Translations under genes and position numbers: made by a program | Assembly (NCBI GenBank): GCA_020344015.1 | Contig: CP070812.1 | Location: forward strand, 2,068,092-2,132,091 | Direction of reading: 5' to 3' | Source: Gemmatimonadota bacterium | GTDB taxonomy: Bacteria > Gemmatimonadota > Gemmatimonadetes > Palauibacterales > KS3-K002 | DNA length: 64,000 nucleotides | Part shown: piece after piece, positions 53,181-62,443 of the stretch | How positions within the stretch are numbered: the first letter of the stretch is position 1 | Layout of the letters: every line of letters begins with the position of its first letter | Notes under the pieces: generated by a model | The model's database searches: none | Told to the model about the DNA's origin: nothing | The model's input: only the letters and a program-made list of their open reading frames with translations

Positions 53181-55841
53181 CTATTCGTAGCGCAGGGCTT
53201 CCATCGGGTCGACGCTGGCGGCGCGCCTGGCGGGGAGGTAGCAGGCAGGCAGCGCGACCGCGATGGTGAAAGCGACGACGGCGACAAACGTCGTCGGGTC
53301 GTTCGCACTCACCCCGTATAGCAACCCGGAGAGCACGCGACTCAGAGCCAACGCCCCGGCCGTGCCGATGGCGACACCGACGAGGACGAGCGTCATACCC
53401 TGGCGTGTTACGAGGCCGAGGACGGTCGGTTTTCCTGCCCCCATCGCCAGCCTAATTCCCAATTCGTGGGTGCGTTGGCTGACGGTATATGAAAGGACGC
53501 CGTAGATCCCCACGGCGGCGAGCAGTAGGGCGACAGCGGCGAAGATGCTGAGGAGCAGCAGCCAAGAGCGCTGGGAGGCCAGCGAGTCGCTCATGATCTG
53601 CTCCATCGTTGCAACCTCGTAGAGTGGCAGATCTGGGTCGAGTCTCCACACAGCCTGGCGCACGCTGGGAACCAGGCCCAGTGGGGATGTGCCGGCAGTC
53701 CGGATGACGATGGCCATCGATTCCGGCGTTTGGATCTGCGGGTTCGGCAGGTACATCGTCGGATCGACGTCCGCGTCGAGGCCGAACGCCCGGATGTCAC
53801 CAACGACTCCGACGATCTCCAGATCCTCCGCCTGAGTAGGCCCGTCCCAGGCGATGTGCATGCCGACTGCGTTCACGCCGGGAAAGATGCGGCGCGCGAG
53901 TGTTTCGTTCACGATGATCACCCGCGGCGCATCCGCTGCGTCGGTGTCTCGCACGTCGCGCCCAGCCAGCAGTGGTATTCCCAGCGCCCTGAAATACCCG
54001 GGAGTGAGATGCCGACGTTGGACTCTGTAATCCTCATCGGGGCGACCGGGAACGGTGACCGTGGTACCGTGGAACCAGGTGAGGGGGATCCCCTCGATCG
54101 CCGCTACGGCTCCAATTCCCGGCATCCGCTGGATGTCGTTCACCAACTCTGCGAAGAAGGCCGCGCGTTCTCGTTGAGTCTCGTACTTCGATGTGGGCAG
54201 CGATACGCGAGCCGTTAGCACCCTCTCGTGGCTGAACCCAGGGCCCACGTGTGCCAACCGCCAGAAGCTGTTAAGCAGCAGGCCGGCACCGATCACGAGC
54301 ATCAGCGACAGTGCTACCTCGGCGACGACCAGAGCGCCACGTAATCTGCGGCGGCCCAGGCCGGCTAACCCTTTGAGACCACCCTCCTTGAGCGCTGAGA
54401 GCAGATCGACGCGGACCCCCTGCGTGGCGGGAATCAGCCCGACCAGGATGCCGGCGAGCAGTGTGACCAGCATCGTGAAGAGGAGGACCGGCCAACTGAT
54501 GTTGACTTCGGCCGCCCGTGGAAGCTGACTCCCGATGCTCGCCAGGAGTACCTCGGTCCCGGCGACGGCCAGCCCGAATCCCAGGACGCCGCCGATGACC
54601 GCAAGGACGATGCTCTCGGTGAGCAACTGCTTGATCAGTCGGCTCCGACCGGCCCCGATGGCGGCGCGGACGGCGATCTCACGACCGCGGGACTCCGCGC
54701 GAGCCAGCGAGAGGTTCGCCACGTTGGCACAGGCTACGAGGAGAACGAACCCGACCGCTCCGAGCAGCATCAGGAGCGGTGTTCGCGCTCCGCCCACGAT
54801 TTCGCGGCGCATCGGCGCCGCTACCCACCGCCACCCCACGTTGGTCTCCGGGTACGCTTCGGCGAGGCCGCGCGCGATCGCCTCCAGCTCTTCGCCGGCC
54901 ACCTCGAGTGCGACCCCCAGCCTTAGGCGACCCAGGACCCGTAGGAAGTGCCGTCCCCGTAGGCTCACGTCACGGACGCTGAACTCTTGAGGGAGCCAGA
55001 GTTCGGGCGTATCGGGGCCGAACCGCAAGGTCGGCGGCGCGATGCCGACGACGGTTCGCGGCACATCGCTCAGGATGATCGTCCGACCGAGAACCTCCCT
55101 GTCCCCGCCGAAGCGGCGCTGCCACACGCCGTGACTCAGGATTACCACCGGCTCGGCGCCGGTCAGCTCTTCCTCGGGAAGAAACGAGCGGCCGAGTTGC
55201 AGCGGCGTTCCGAGCAGCTCGAAGAACCCGGTCGACACTCTCATCGCCGCCAGTCGCTCGGGATCTCCTTCGCCGATGAGCGTAACCGAAGTCTCCCGAT
55301 AGGCGGCGACATCCTCGAGCAACGTCGTCTCGTCTCGGAGGCTCATGAAGTTGGGCGGAGAGAAGGTGAACCACCAACCGCCCCGCGGCTCGATCTCGAA
55401 GATCCGGACAAGGCGATCGGGATCTTGATACGGTAGCGGCCTTAACAGCACACCGTTTACAACGCTGAAGATCGCCGTGTTGGCTCCGATGCCCAGCGCC
55501 AGCGTCAGCACCGCCACGGTCGTGAAACCCGGGTTGTTCCGGAGTGAGCGGAATGTGTAACGAATGTCCTGTGCGGTCGCGGCTGCTCGTTGGAGCAGAG
55601 CCGTGACTACGACGCTCCAGAGTTCGCGGACGACGAAGGTGATGACCGCTCCCTTCGCTCCAGCCCGCGCTTCGTCATATCGCTCGTTGAACATCTGGAC
55701 CATGCCCGGGCCGTACGCGTCGCGGAACGAGGTTGGGTACCAGCGAAGCCAGCGCTGGTAGAACCTCGACAGCGACCGGTCGACTTCGGTGCCTGTGCCT
55801 GTCTCAGCCATCTCGGGTGCCTCCGACCCCGGCCGCGCCAT
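53181..55841 (-). CDS. ADOP-family ABC permease (duplicated FtsX/MacB-like domains)
   Basis: 886 aa. Two repeats of MacB_PCD plus four-TM FtsX modules. The start ATG shares one nucleotide with the PadR stop (ATGA… TGATG overlap). Confidence 0.8.
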   Translation of the reverse strand: MARPGSEAPEMAETGTGTEVDRSLSRFYQRWLRWYPTSFRDAYGPGMVQMFNERYDEARAGAKGAVITFVVRELWSVVVTALLQRAAATAQDIRYTFRSLRNNPGFTTVAVLTLALGIGANTAIFSVVNGVLLRPLPYQDPDRLVRIFEIEPRGGWWFTFSPPNFMSLRDETTLLEDVAAYRETSVTLIGEGDPERLAAMRVSTGFFELLGTPLQLGRSFLPEEELTGAEPVVILSHGVWQRRFGGDREVLGRTIILSDVPRTVVGIAPPTLRFGPDTPELWLPQEFSVRDVSLRGRHFLRVLGRLRLGVALEVAGEELEAIARGLAEAYPETNVGWRWVAAPMRREIVGGARTPLLMLLGAVGFVLLVACANVANLSLARAESRGREIAVRAAIGAGRSRLIKQLLTESIVLAVIGGVLGFGLAVAGTEVLLASIGSQLPRAAEVNISWPVLLFTMLVTLLAGILVGLIPATQGVRVDLLSALKEGGLKGLAGLGRRRLRGALVVAEVALSLMLVIGAGLLLNSFWRLAHVGPGFSHERVLTARVSLPTSKYETQRERAAFFAELVNDIQRMPGIGAVAAIEGIPLTWFHGTTVTVPGRPDEDYRVQRRHLTPGYFRALGIPLLAGRDVRDTDAADAPRVIIVNETLARRIFPGVNAVGMHIAWDGPTQAEDLEIVGVVGDIRAFGLDADVDPTMYLPNPQIQTPESMAIVIRTAGTSPLGLVPSVRQAVWRLDPDLPLYEVATMEQIMSDSLASQRSWLLLLSIFAAVALLLAAVGIYGVLSYTVSQRTHELGIRLAMGAGKPTVLGLVTRQGMTLVLVGVAIGTAGALALSRVLSGLLYGVSANDPTTFVAVVAFTIAVALPACYLPARRAASVDPMEALRYE

Positions 55842-56194
55842 CAGGCCGGCAGGAGTCTCATCTCACGTGCCGCCGACAAGAGAGCCTCGAGCCGTCGCGC
55901 CTCCGCGGCGAAGACGCGCCGGCCGAACGGTGTCAGCTGGAAGTACTGGCGACGCGCATCGACCACTGCGATCCGTCGAGGTCGTTCGCTTTCCTCGATT
56001 AGCCCGTCGCGGTGCAGCCCCCGCAACGCCTGATAAAGGCTGCCCGTCGCCGGGCTGAGTCGGCCGCCGGAGCGGCGCTCGATCTCCTTGCCAACGGCAT
56101 AGCCGTGGGACGGCCCCGCGCCCAGCGCCAAGAGGACGTGGAAGGACAGGTCGCTGAGAGGCAGGAATTCGGCGGGGTTGCGGGTCTCGCTCAT
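55841..56194 (-). CDS. PadR-family transcriptional regulator
   Basis: 'LSFHVLLALGAGPSHGYAVGKEIERRSGGRLSPATGSLYQALRGLHRDGLIE' winged-helix PadR signature. 117 aa. Confidence 0.75.
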   Translation of the reverse strand: MSETRNPAEFLPLSDLSFHVLLALGAGPSHGYAVGKEIERRSGGRLSPATGSLYQALRGLHRDGLIEESERPRRIAVVDARRQYFQLTPFGRRVFAAEARRLEALLSAAREMRLLPA

Positions 56195-56584
56195 GTGGCG
56201 ATGTCCTTTCTGGGGAAGCGGAACCAGCGGGACCGCCGCCGTCGCTTCTATAGTGGAAACAACTATAGTGATATTACGAATAATGCGGTGAACGGGTTTC
56301 AACCGCAAGCTTCTCCGATGGCGGGACGCATGAGGGCCTGAGAAACCCAAGAGGGGCCCGGGCCGTAGGGTGTTCTGGAGAACCAGACTAGCCGATAACT
56401 CCTATCCCGACATCAAGTCTCGCGGCAGGTGGGGCACGCAGGGGCGCTGTGATGGTGTCGTGTGTCCTGACCCTGTCACGTCGCGAGGCGGCGCGAATAA
56501 AGGCGCCGCCGCCCGTGTAGTCTAGACAGAACACCGCGATTGCCCCGTGCGAAGGCCACTTTGGCCGAGGTACGTGAAGGGTCG

Positions 56585-56812
56585 ATGAACGCGGTCGAGC
56601 TACGCAACGTAACCAAGAGCTTCGGCAAGACCATCGCAGTTGAAGGTCTGTCGCTGGACGTTCCGCTGGGGAAGGTTTACGGGTCCATCGGTCCTAACGG
56701 ATCCGGCAAGACGACGACGCTGCGGATGATCATGAACATCTATAATCCGGACGGTGGCACGATTCGACTGTTTGGCGATGAGTTGCGCGGCGCCTGCACG
56801 AGCGTTGATTAG
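56585..56812 (+). pseudogene. Truncated ABC-transporter ATP-binding protein (N-terminal ~75 aa with Walker A only)
   Basis: 'VELRNVTKSFGKTIAVEGLSLDVPLGKVYGSIGPNGSGKTTTLRMI…'. The frame ends at a TAG after 75 codons. Q-loop, signature and Walker B are absent. Confidence 0.55.
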
Positions 56813-56845
56813 ATGAACCGCAACGAGGAATGGAGGCTATCGAGA

Positions 56846-58105
56846 ATGAGAGCAAACCGAGTAGTCGGTTTCGTGGTCGTGGTCCTGGTAGCCACCGCCT
56901 GCGCGAGCGACGGTGGAGGCCGGTGGGCCGGCAGCGTGACCGATAGCGCCGGGGTGGAGATAGTATCCAACGCCGGCCAGGGCATGTGGACGGAAGCTGA
57001 TGCCTGGACAGTGGAGGAAGAGCTGAAGATCGGTACGCTCGAGGGCGACACGGACTACATGTTCGGTCAGGTCGGCTTCCTTGCGGTCGACTCGAACGGT
57101 CGGATCTTCGTCCTCGACGCGCAGGCTCAGCAGGTCAAGGTATACTCCGCCGACGGTGCCTACGAGCAGACGATCGGCGGCCGGGGCAGTGGGCCGGGGG
57201 AGCTGTTGGGTGCGACTTTCGTACTGATGGCGCCGGGCGACACGCTGGTTGTACCCGACCTCCAGAACTTGCGGATCAGCCGCTTCGCGCCGGACGGCTC
57301 CAGTCTGGGGAGTTCGCCGATAAACCTGCAGCAGCACGGGGTACCCCTGGTCTTCGCCGGCACGGCCTCGGGGGTGCTCATCAGACAGGAACGCCAGTTC
57401 TCATTCCCCGGCCAGCCCGAGATCGAGAACCCGCTGGATGCGATCGTCACCTTCGCGGCCGACGGCACGGTTTTGGACACGCTGAAGACGTTCCCGGCCG
57501 GCGAAACGATCCGGCTGTCGGGCGGTGCGCCGGAGTTCAACTTCTTCTCGCCGGAACCGGTCTGGGCCGTGAGCGATGACATGAAGCTGTTCTACGCCGT
57601 GAACGACGACTACCGGGTCGGCGTCTACTCCGCCGCCGGCGCGCTGGAGCGCGTGATCAAGATGCCGTTCGAGCGTGAGCTGGTGGGGGAACGTGATCAG
57701 GAAGCGCTGATGACGTTCCTGGAACGGGCGTGGGCGGACGCCGGCGTTCCGCCGGAGGCGATCGCCCAGTTGAGCTCACGGGTCAGCTTCGGAGAGTTCT
57801 TCCCGGCGTTCGCCAGTATGAGAGCAGGGCCTGAGGGCACCCTCTGGGTCCAGCACGGCCAGGCGCCGTCCGAGCTCAGCGAAGAGGAATTCGAGAGCTA
57901 TAACCCGCTGGAGGACGCCGGCGGACCCGATTGGGACGTCTTCGACGGCGCGGGACGCTACCTCGGTGTCGTGACCCTGCCGGCGCGTTTCGCTCCGCGT
58001 CTGGTCCTCGGCGACAAGATCTACGGCGTCTGGCGCGACGAGCTCGACGTCCAGTATGTGATGAGGATGCGGGTCATCGGGATCCGCGAGTACCGGGAAG
58101 GCTAA
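56846..58105 (+). CDS. Beta-propeller (NHL/6-bladed-like) lipoprotein
   Basis: 'GGAGG' RBS. Lipobox '…VATACAS'. Repeated 'G..G.GPGE' and 'VVPD' strands. Confidence 0.5.
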   Translation: MRANRVVGFVVVVLVATACASDGGGRWAGSVTDSAGVEIVSNAGQGMWTEADAWTVEEELKIGTLEGDTDYMFGQVGFLAVDSNGRIFVLDAQAQQVKVYSADGAYEQTIGGRGSGPGELLGATFVLMAPGDTLVVPDLQNLRISRFAPDGSSLGSSPINLQQHGVPLVFAGTASGVLIRQERQFSFPGQPEIENPLDAIVTFAADGTVLDTLKTFPAGETIRLSGGAPEFNFFSPEPVWAVSDDMKLFYAVNDDYRVGVYSAAGALERVIKMPFERELVGERDQEALMTFLERAWADAGVPPEAIAQLSSRVSFGEFFPAFASMRAGPEGTLWVQHGQAPSELSEEEFESYNPLEDAGGPDWDVFDGAGRYLGVVTLPARFAPRLVLGDKIYGVWRDELDVQYVMRMRVIGIREYREG

Positions 58106-58262
58106 TTACCGGTGGTCGGTGGCCGGTCGTCGGTGGGTTTAGTAACGGCGACCGACCGCCGGCTGCCCCGACCGTCATCCTGCTTTTCTTTCGTGAGTTG
58201 GGATCGCGGCATAGCTTGGTAGTGCGGCCGATTCAGCAGGGTTCGCTGGCCGATACACTACG

Positions 58263-58841
58263 GTGTGCGCGGTGGCTCGCTCCAACTTCTCCCATGTCGT
58301 AGGCTTCGACGACGGTCCTTTCGACAAGTACCGGCACGCGGACGTGCCTGTTGTGGGTGCCGTGTTCTCCGATCTGCGGCTCGAGGGCGTGCTGACCGGC
58401 CGAGTGCGGACCGACGGCGCGAACTCGACGCGCGTTCTGGCCGAAATGGTCATGGCGTCCAAGTTCGCGCCGCAACTGCAGCTCGTCTTGTTGCAGGGGA
58501 TCGCGCTGGGTGGGTTCAACGTGATCGATCTGCACGGCCTGCACGAGCGGCTGGGGATCCCGGTGATGGTGGTGGCGCGACGGCAGCCACGGCTGGACAG
58601 GATCCGCAAGGCGCTGCTGACTCGAGTGCCGGGCGGCGCGCGCAAGTGGTCGTTGATCGAGGGCCTTGGTCCGATGGAGCCGGTCGCGGGTGTCTACGTG
58701 CAGCGACTTGGGCTGTCGCCGGGAGAGGCGGAGGAAGTGATCGGCCGGCTTGCGGTGCATAGCAACATCCCTGAGCCGTTGCGGACCGCGCACCTGATCG
58801 CCGGTGGGATCGCAACGGGCCAGAGCCGGGGCCGTCCTTGA
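58263..58841 (+). CDS. DUF99 (UPF0215)-family protein
   Basis: 'HVVGFDDGPF…VPVVGAVF' corresponds to the DUF99 'V.G.DDG.F' N-terminal motif. GTG start. Confidence 0.45.
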   Translation: MCAVARSNFSHVVGFDDGPFDKYRHADVPVVGAVFSDLRLEGVLTGRVRTDGANSTRVLAEMVMASKFAPQLQLVLLQGIALGGFNVIDLHGLHERLGIPVMVVARRQPRLDRIRKALLTRVPGGARKWSLIEGLGPMEPVAGVYVQRLGLSPGEAEEVIGRLAVHSNIPEPLRTAHLIAGGIATGQSRGRP

Positions 58842-59057
58842 CTCCCCATCGCCATCGGCATCGTTATCGTCATCGAGAGTGGGGTGGGATCGGGGGCCGG
58901 TTCGCACACGAAGGTTGAGTACAGCTATACGTACGAAGGCGAGGGTTACTGTGGCAGCTACCCGAAGGGGAGCCGTTTCGAGCCGGGCCAGAGGATCACC
59001 GTCGTCGTCGACCCGAACGCACCCAAGAACTCGCTGATAAGGGAGGTGTTCGTGTAA
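58842..59057 (+). pseudogene. DUF3592-like C-terminal remnant, in frame after the DUF99 stop
   Basis: '…VEYSYTYEGEGYCGSYPKGSRFEPGQRITVVVDPNAPKNSLI' is the DUF3592 C-terminal beta-domain pattern. There is no start codon or N-terminal TM. Confidence 0.3.
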
Positions 59058-59131
59058 ATAGGTGTGTGGCGGCTGGTGCGACGGCGCGGCGGAGCCTAGG
59101 ATGGTCGTAAGGCGATAACGAATCAGCATCG

Positions 59132-59968
59132 GTGACAGTCATGGACACACAGGATCTGCGGCCGACCGCGGTGGCCGGTCGCTTCTATCCGGCGGAGCGG
59201 GACAAGCTGACGAGCATGATCGAGTCCTTTCTTCGGGACGTCGAGGAGGAGCCGCGTCCGGTACGGGCGGTTATCGCACCGCACGCCGGACTCGTCTATT
59301 CCGGCCAGTGCGCGGCGCACGTGTTCGGGCGCGTGTCGATCCCCCCAGTGGTCGTCATCCTGGCGCCGAACCACTCGGGGCTGTGGAGGTCGCCGGGTGG
59401 TGCCAGCCTCTGGGCGCGGGGCGCGTTCGAGACTCCACTCGGTCGGGTGGCTGTGGCGGAGAAGTTCGCGAGCGAGCTCGAAGCACGCTGTCCGCTGGTA
59501 GCGCACGACCCGCTGGCGCATGGAGATGAGCACGCGGTCGAGATCGAGTTGCCGTTCCTGGCGAAGCTGGCACCCGAGTCGGCCATCGTGCCGATCGTCA
59601 TCGCCTTCGACGATTGGGAGCGCACCCGTGAGCTCGCCGACGCGCTCGCGGGGCTGATCGCGGAATGGCCGGATGAGGTGCTGGTGGTCGCTTCCTCGGA
59701 CATGACGCACTTCGAGTCAGCCGATCGTGCGGCGGAAAAGGACAGGATCGCGCTTGCCGCTGTGGAGCGGCTCGACGGCGAGGAGTTGTTGAACGCCTGC
59801 GATCGCGAGCGGATAACGATGTGCGGGCGGGCGCCGGCGGCCGTGGCCGTGGAGGCGGCGCGGCAACTGGGGGCGACGCGCGCCGAGGTCGTCGACTATC
59901 GTCACAGCGGTTGGGTGACGGGTGATAACTCGAGCGTTGTCGCGTACGCCGGGGTCACCATCACCTGA
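59132..59968 (+). CDS. MEMO1-family protein (AmmeMemoRadiSam system protein B-like)
   Basis: 'AGRFYPAE…AVIAPHAGLVYSGQCAAHVF…VILAPNH…SSDMTHF' are MEMO1/dioxygenase-like motifs. The GTG at 59132 or the ATG at 59141 could be the start. Confidence 0.75.
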   Translation: MTVMDTQDLRPTAVAGRFYPAERDKLTSMIESFLRDVEEEPRPVRAVIAPHAGLVYSGQCAAHVFGRVSIPPVVVILAPNHSGLWRSPGGASLWARGAFETPLGRVAVAEKFASELEARCPLVAHDPLAHGDEHAVEIELPFLAKLAPESAIVPIVIAFDDWERTRELADALAGLIAEWPDEVLVVASSDMTHFESADRAAEKDRIALAAVERLDGEELLNACDRERITMCGRAPAAVAVEAARQLGATRAEVVDYRHSGWVTGDNSSVVAYAGVTIT

Positions 59969-59987
59969 AGTCCTGCGTTAGGCGATC

Positions 59988-60093
59988 GGGCACGGCGGGG
60001 ACCCCTCGCTTCATGTCGCGCGGCTCGATTGCAGGAAGGGCGGCTGCGCCGCCCCGCGCTCCAAATGTCCGCTCGTGGGTCCCCGCCGTGCCC
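59988..60093. repeat. 17/18-bp inverted repeat (gggcacggcggggacccc … gggtccccgccgtgccc) flanking a 71-bp GC-rich spacer
   Basis: The arms at 59988-60005 and 60077-60093 are reverse complements with a single mismatch. Located between the MEMO1-like and MFS genes. Confidence 0.5.
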
Positions 60094-60161
60094 TCCCTCC
60101 CACACCGACCACCGGGCGACCTCACCCTCGCGCGGTGCCCCGGCGATCGCTAATCTTCCGC

Positions 60162-61355
60162 ATGCCCGAGGACACGACGGCGTCCAGCCAAAGCGAGGCA
60201 CTTCTCCTCCGAGATCCTAACCTGCACGTCATATTCGGGGTCACGCTGATGGCGGTGCTCGGCGTATCGAGCATCACGCCGGCGTTCCCTCAGATCGCCG
60301 ATGAACTGAATCTCAGCCCCGGCGCGGTGGGGATGCTGGTCGCCATCTTCACGCTGCCGGGCGCGACGCTCACGCCTGTGATCGGCGTGCTGGGCGATCG
60401 GATCGGGCGGAAGCGCGTCCTCATCCCTTCGCTGTTCTTGTTTGCGGTGGCCGGGACGGCATGCGGCTTTGCCAGGGACTTCGAGACGCTCCTCTGGCTT
60501 CGCCTGCTTCAAGGTGTGGGCGCGGCGGCGCTGGGAGCGCTCAACATAACGATCGTGGGTGACCTCTATTCGGGCTGGAAGCGCGCCACGGTCATGGGAT
60601 ACAACGCCAGTGTGCTCAGCATCGGTACGGCGTTGTATCCTGCGATCGGCGGTGCGCTGGCCCTGATCGGATGGTTCTACCCGTTCTTCCTTCCCATCCT
60701 CGCGGTTCCGGTCGCGCTGCTGGTGATCTGGCGGCTGAAGAATCCGGAGCCGTCGATGGACGAGAAGCTGAGCACCTACCTGCGCAACACGCTGATCAGC
60801 GTGCGGAACCCGCGGGCACTGGGCCTGTTCCTGGCGAGCCTGGTCATCTTCGTTGTTCTCTACGGCGCCTATCTCACGTATCTGCCGTTTCTGTTGCGGC
60901 TGACGTTTGATGCATCGCCGTTGCTCATCGGGCTCATGTTCTCCGCCACGTCGCTGGCTACGGCGGTGACGTCGTGGCGTCTGGGGCGCCTGGCGCGGAG
61001 ATTCTCGGAGCGCAACCTGGTGAGGTTCGGGTTCGCGTTCTACGCTGTCGCGATGATCGCGATACCGCTGGCACCGAGCGTGGGACTGCTGCTTCTACCC
61101 GCGTTGTTGTTCGGCGCCACGAACGGGATCAGCATTCCCAGCATCTTATCGATGCTGACGGGGCTGGCGCCCGCCGAGTACCGTGCCGCCTTCATGTCGG
61201 TGAACGCGATGACGCTGCGCTTGGGCCAGACGCTGGGGCCAGTGGTCGCCGGGCTGATGCTACAGGTCGGGGGCCTCGCAGGTATTTACTACGGGAACGC
61301 GATACTGTCGGTGGCGACGTTAGGGGTCGTCAGCGTTGTAGTGAAGAAAAGCTAA
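60162..61355 (+). CDS. MFS transporter
   Basis: 12 TM helices. 'GVLGDRIGRKRVL' MFS motif A in the loop between TM2 and TM3. Confidence 0.75.
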   Translation: MPEDTTASSQSEALLLRDPNLHVIFGVTLMAVLGVSSITPAFPQIADELNLSPGAVGMLVAIFTLPGATLTPVIGVLGDRIGRKRVLIPSLFLFAVAGTACGFARDFETLLWLRLLQGVGAAALGALNITIVGDLYSGWKRATVMGYNASVLSIGTALYPAIGGALALIGWFYPFFLPILAVPVALLVIWRLKNPEPSMDEKLSTYLRNTLISVRNPRALGLFLASLVIFVVLYGAYLTYLPFLLRLTFDASPLLIGLMFSATSLATAVTSWRLGRLARRFSERNLVRFGFAFYAVAMIAIPLAPSVGLLLLPALLFGATNGISIPSILSMLTGLAPAEYRAAFMSVNAMTLRLGQTLGPVVAGLMLQVGGLAGIYYGNAILSVATLGVVSVVVKKS

Positions 61356-61373
61356 CAACAAGGCGAGTCTTCC

Positions 61374-62246
61374 GTGCAAGAGACATTTGTGGGGACCCCC
61401 GACGGGGTCAAGCTCTACTGCCGGACGGTGGGTGCGGGGGAAGAGACGCTCATCATTCCGCTGGCGACCTACCATGCGGATCGCTTCGATCCGCTGGCGC
61501 GCAGCCGGCGCTTGGTTTTGTACGATCCTCGTGGCCGCGGCCGGTCGGATGCCGTCGGCACGTCGGCGGTATCGCTCGAGTACCAATTGCGCGACCTGGA
61601 GGCGGTGCGAGAAGCTTTCGGGGCAGAGAAGCTCGCGCTCGTCGGCTGGTCGAGCTTGGGGATGGAGCTGTTTGTCTACGCCTTCAAGTATCCCGACCAG
61701 GTTACGCGGCTCGTGCAGCTGGCGCCTCTCCCACCGCGCCGCACGCCGTACATGGACCAGATCATCGAGGACCGTGAGCGGCGGACGGATTCCCAGGCGA
61801 TGCAGGCGCTGCAGGGCCGGCAGCAGGTGGGCGAGTTCGATGACGACCCGGCCCGCCTGTGCCGCGAGATCAACTATCTCAGCTGGGGCGCCACGTTTGC
61901 CGACCCGGTAGCGGCGCTGGAGGTGCCTGACGTCTGTGTACACGAGAACGAATGGCCGACCAATCTGGGCCCCTACCTAGAGGTTCTGCAGGGGTCGTAT
62001 GGCGACTACGATTGGCGGCCCGAGTTGAGGGTGGTAACCGCTCCGCGGCTCGTGATCCACGGTATCGAGGACAACATCCCACTGGAAGGAAGTAAGGAGT
62101 GGGCGGCGGGCCAGCCACACGCACGCCTGCTGGTCCTTCAGGATACGGGGCACTGGCCGCACTATGAGAACAGGGGAGTGGTCATCGAAGCGATCGAGAG
62201 CTTTCTGTCGGGTGGATGGCCGCCGGGCGCGCTGGTCGTCAGCTGA
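61374..62246 (+). CDS. Alpha/beta hydrolase (prolyl-aminopeptidase/epoxide-hydrolase-like)
   Basis: 'LVLYDPRGRGRSD', 'LVGWSSLG' nucleophile elbow and a C-terminal 'GHWPH'. Confidence 0.7.
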   Translation: MQETFVGTPDGVKLYCRTVGAGEETLIIPLATYHADRFDPLARSRRLVLYDPRGRGRSDAVGTSAVSLEYQLRDLEAVREAFGAEKLALVGWSSLGMELFVYAFKYPDQVTRLVQLAPLPPRRTPYMDQIIEDRERRTDSQAMQALQGRQQVGEFDDDPARLCREINYLSWGATFADPVAALEVPDVCVHENEWPTNLGPYLEVLQGSYGDYDWRPELRVVTAPRLVIHGIEDNIPLEGSKEWAAGQPHARLLVLQDTGHWPHYENRGVVIEAIESFLSGGWPPGALVVS

Positions 62247-62288
62247 GTAGTTTCTGAATGCGGATCTCGGTGGGAACTAGTGAGTCCG

Positions 62289-62394
62289 TGACTAATTGAC
62301 TAATTGAGCAACTGGCTCACGACTTGAGAGGTGAATGCCGAGCTAAGGAATTGCAGCAAGTCTAAACTCGAGTATTCAGTTGGTCTATTAGTCA
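62289..62394. promoter_or_regulatory. Low-GC promoter region with two direct TGACTAAT 8-mers and one inverted copy
   Basis: TGACTAAT is repeated directly at 62289-62296 and 62297-62304. The reverse complement ATTAGTCA lies at 62387-62394. This is an AT-rich island upstream of the M64 peptidase gene. Confidence 0.35.
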
Positions 62395-62443
62395 AGTACT
62401 CATGGAGTCCCATTCCCAAGCACCAGGCTAGGAGGGTGATAGC

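Noticed and set aside
58839-58841. In-frame TGA between the DUF99 and DUF3592-like segments as a second selenocysteine codon
   Set aside because: The local context has no redox motif (CxxU/UxxC or thioredoxin-fold) and no convincing downstream SECIS-like hairpin. Gene decay or fusion is more parsimonious.
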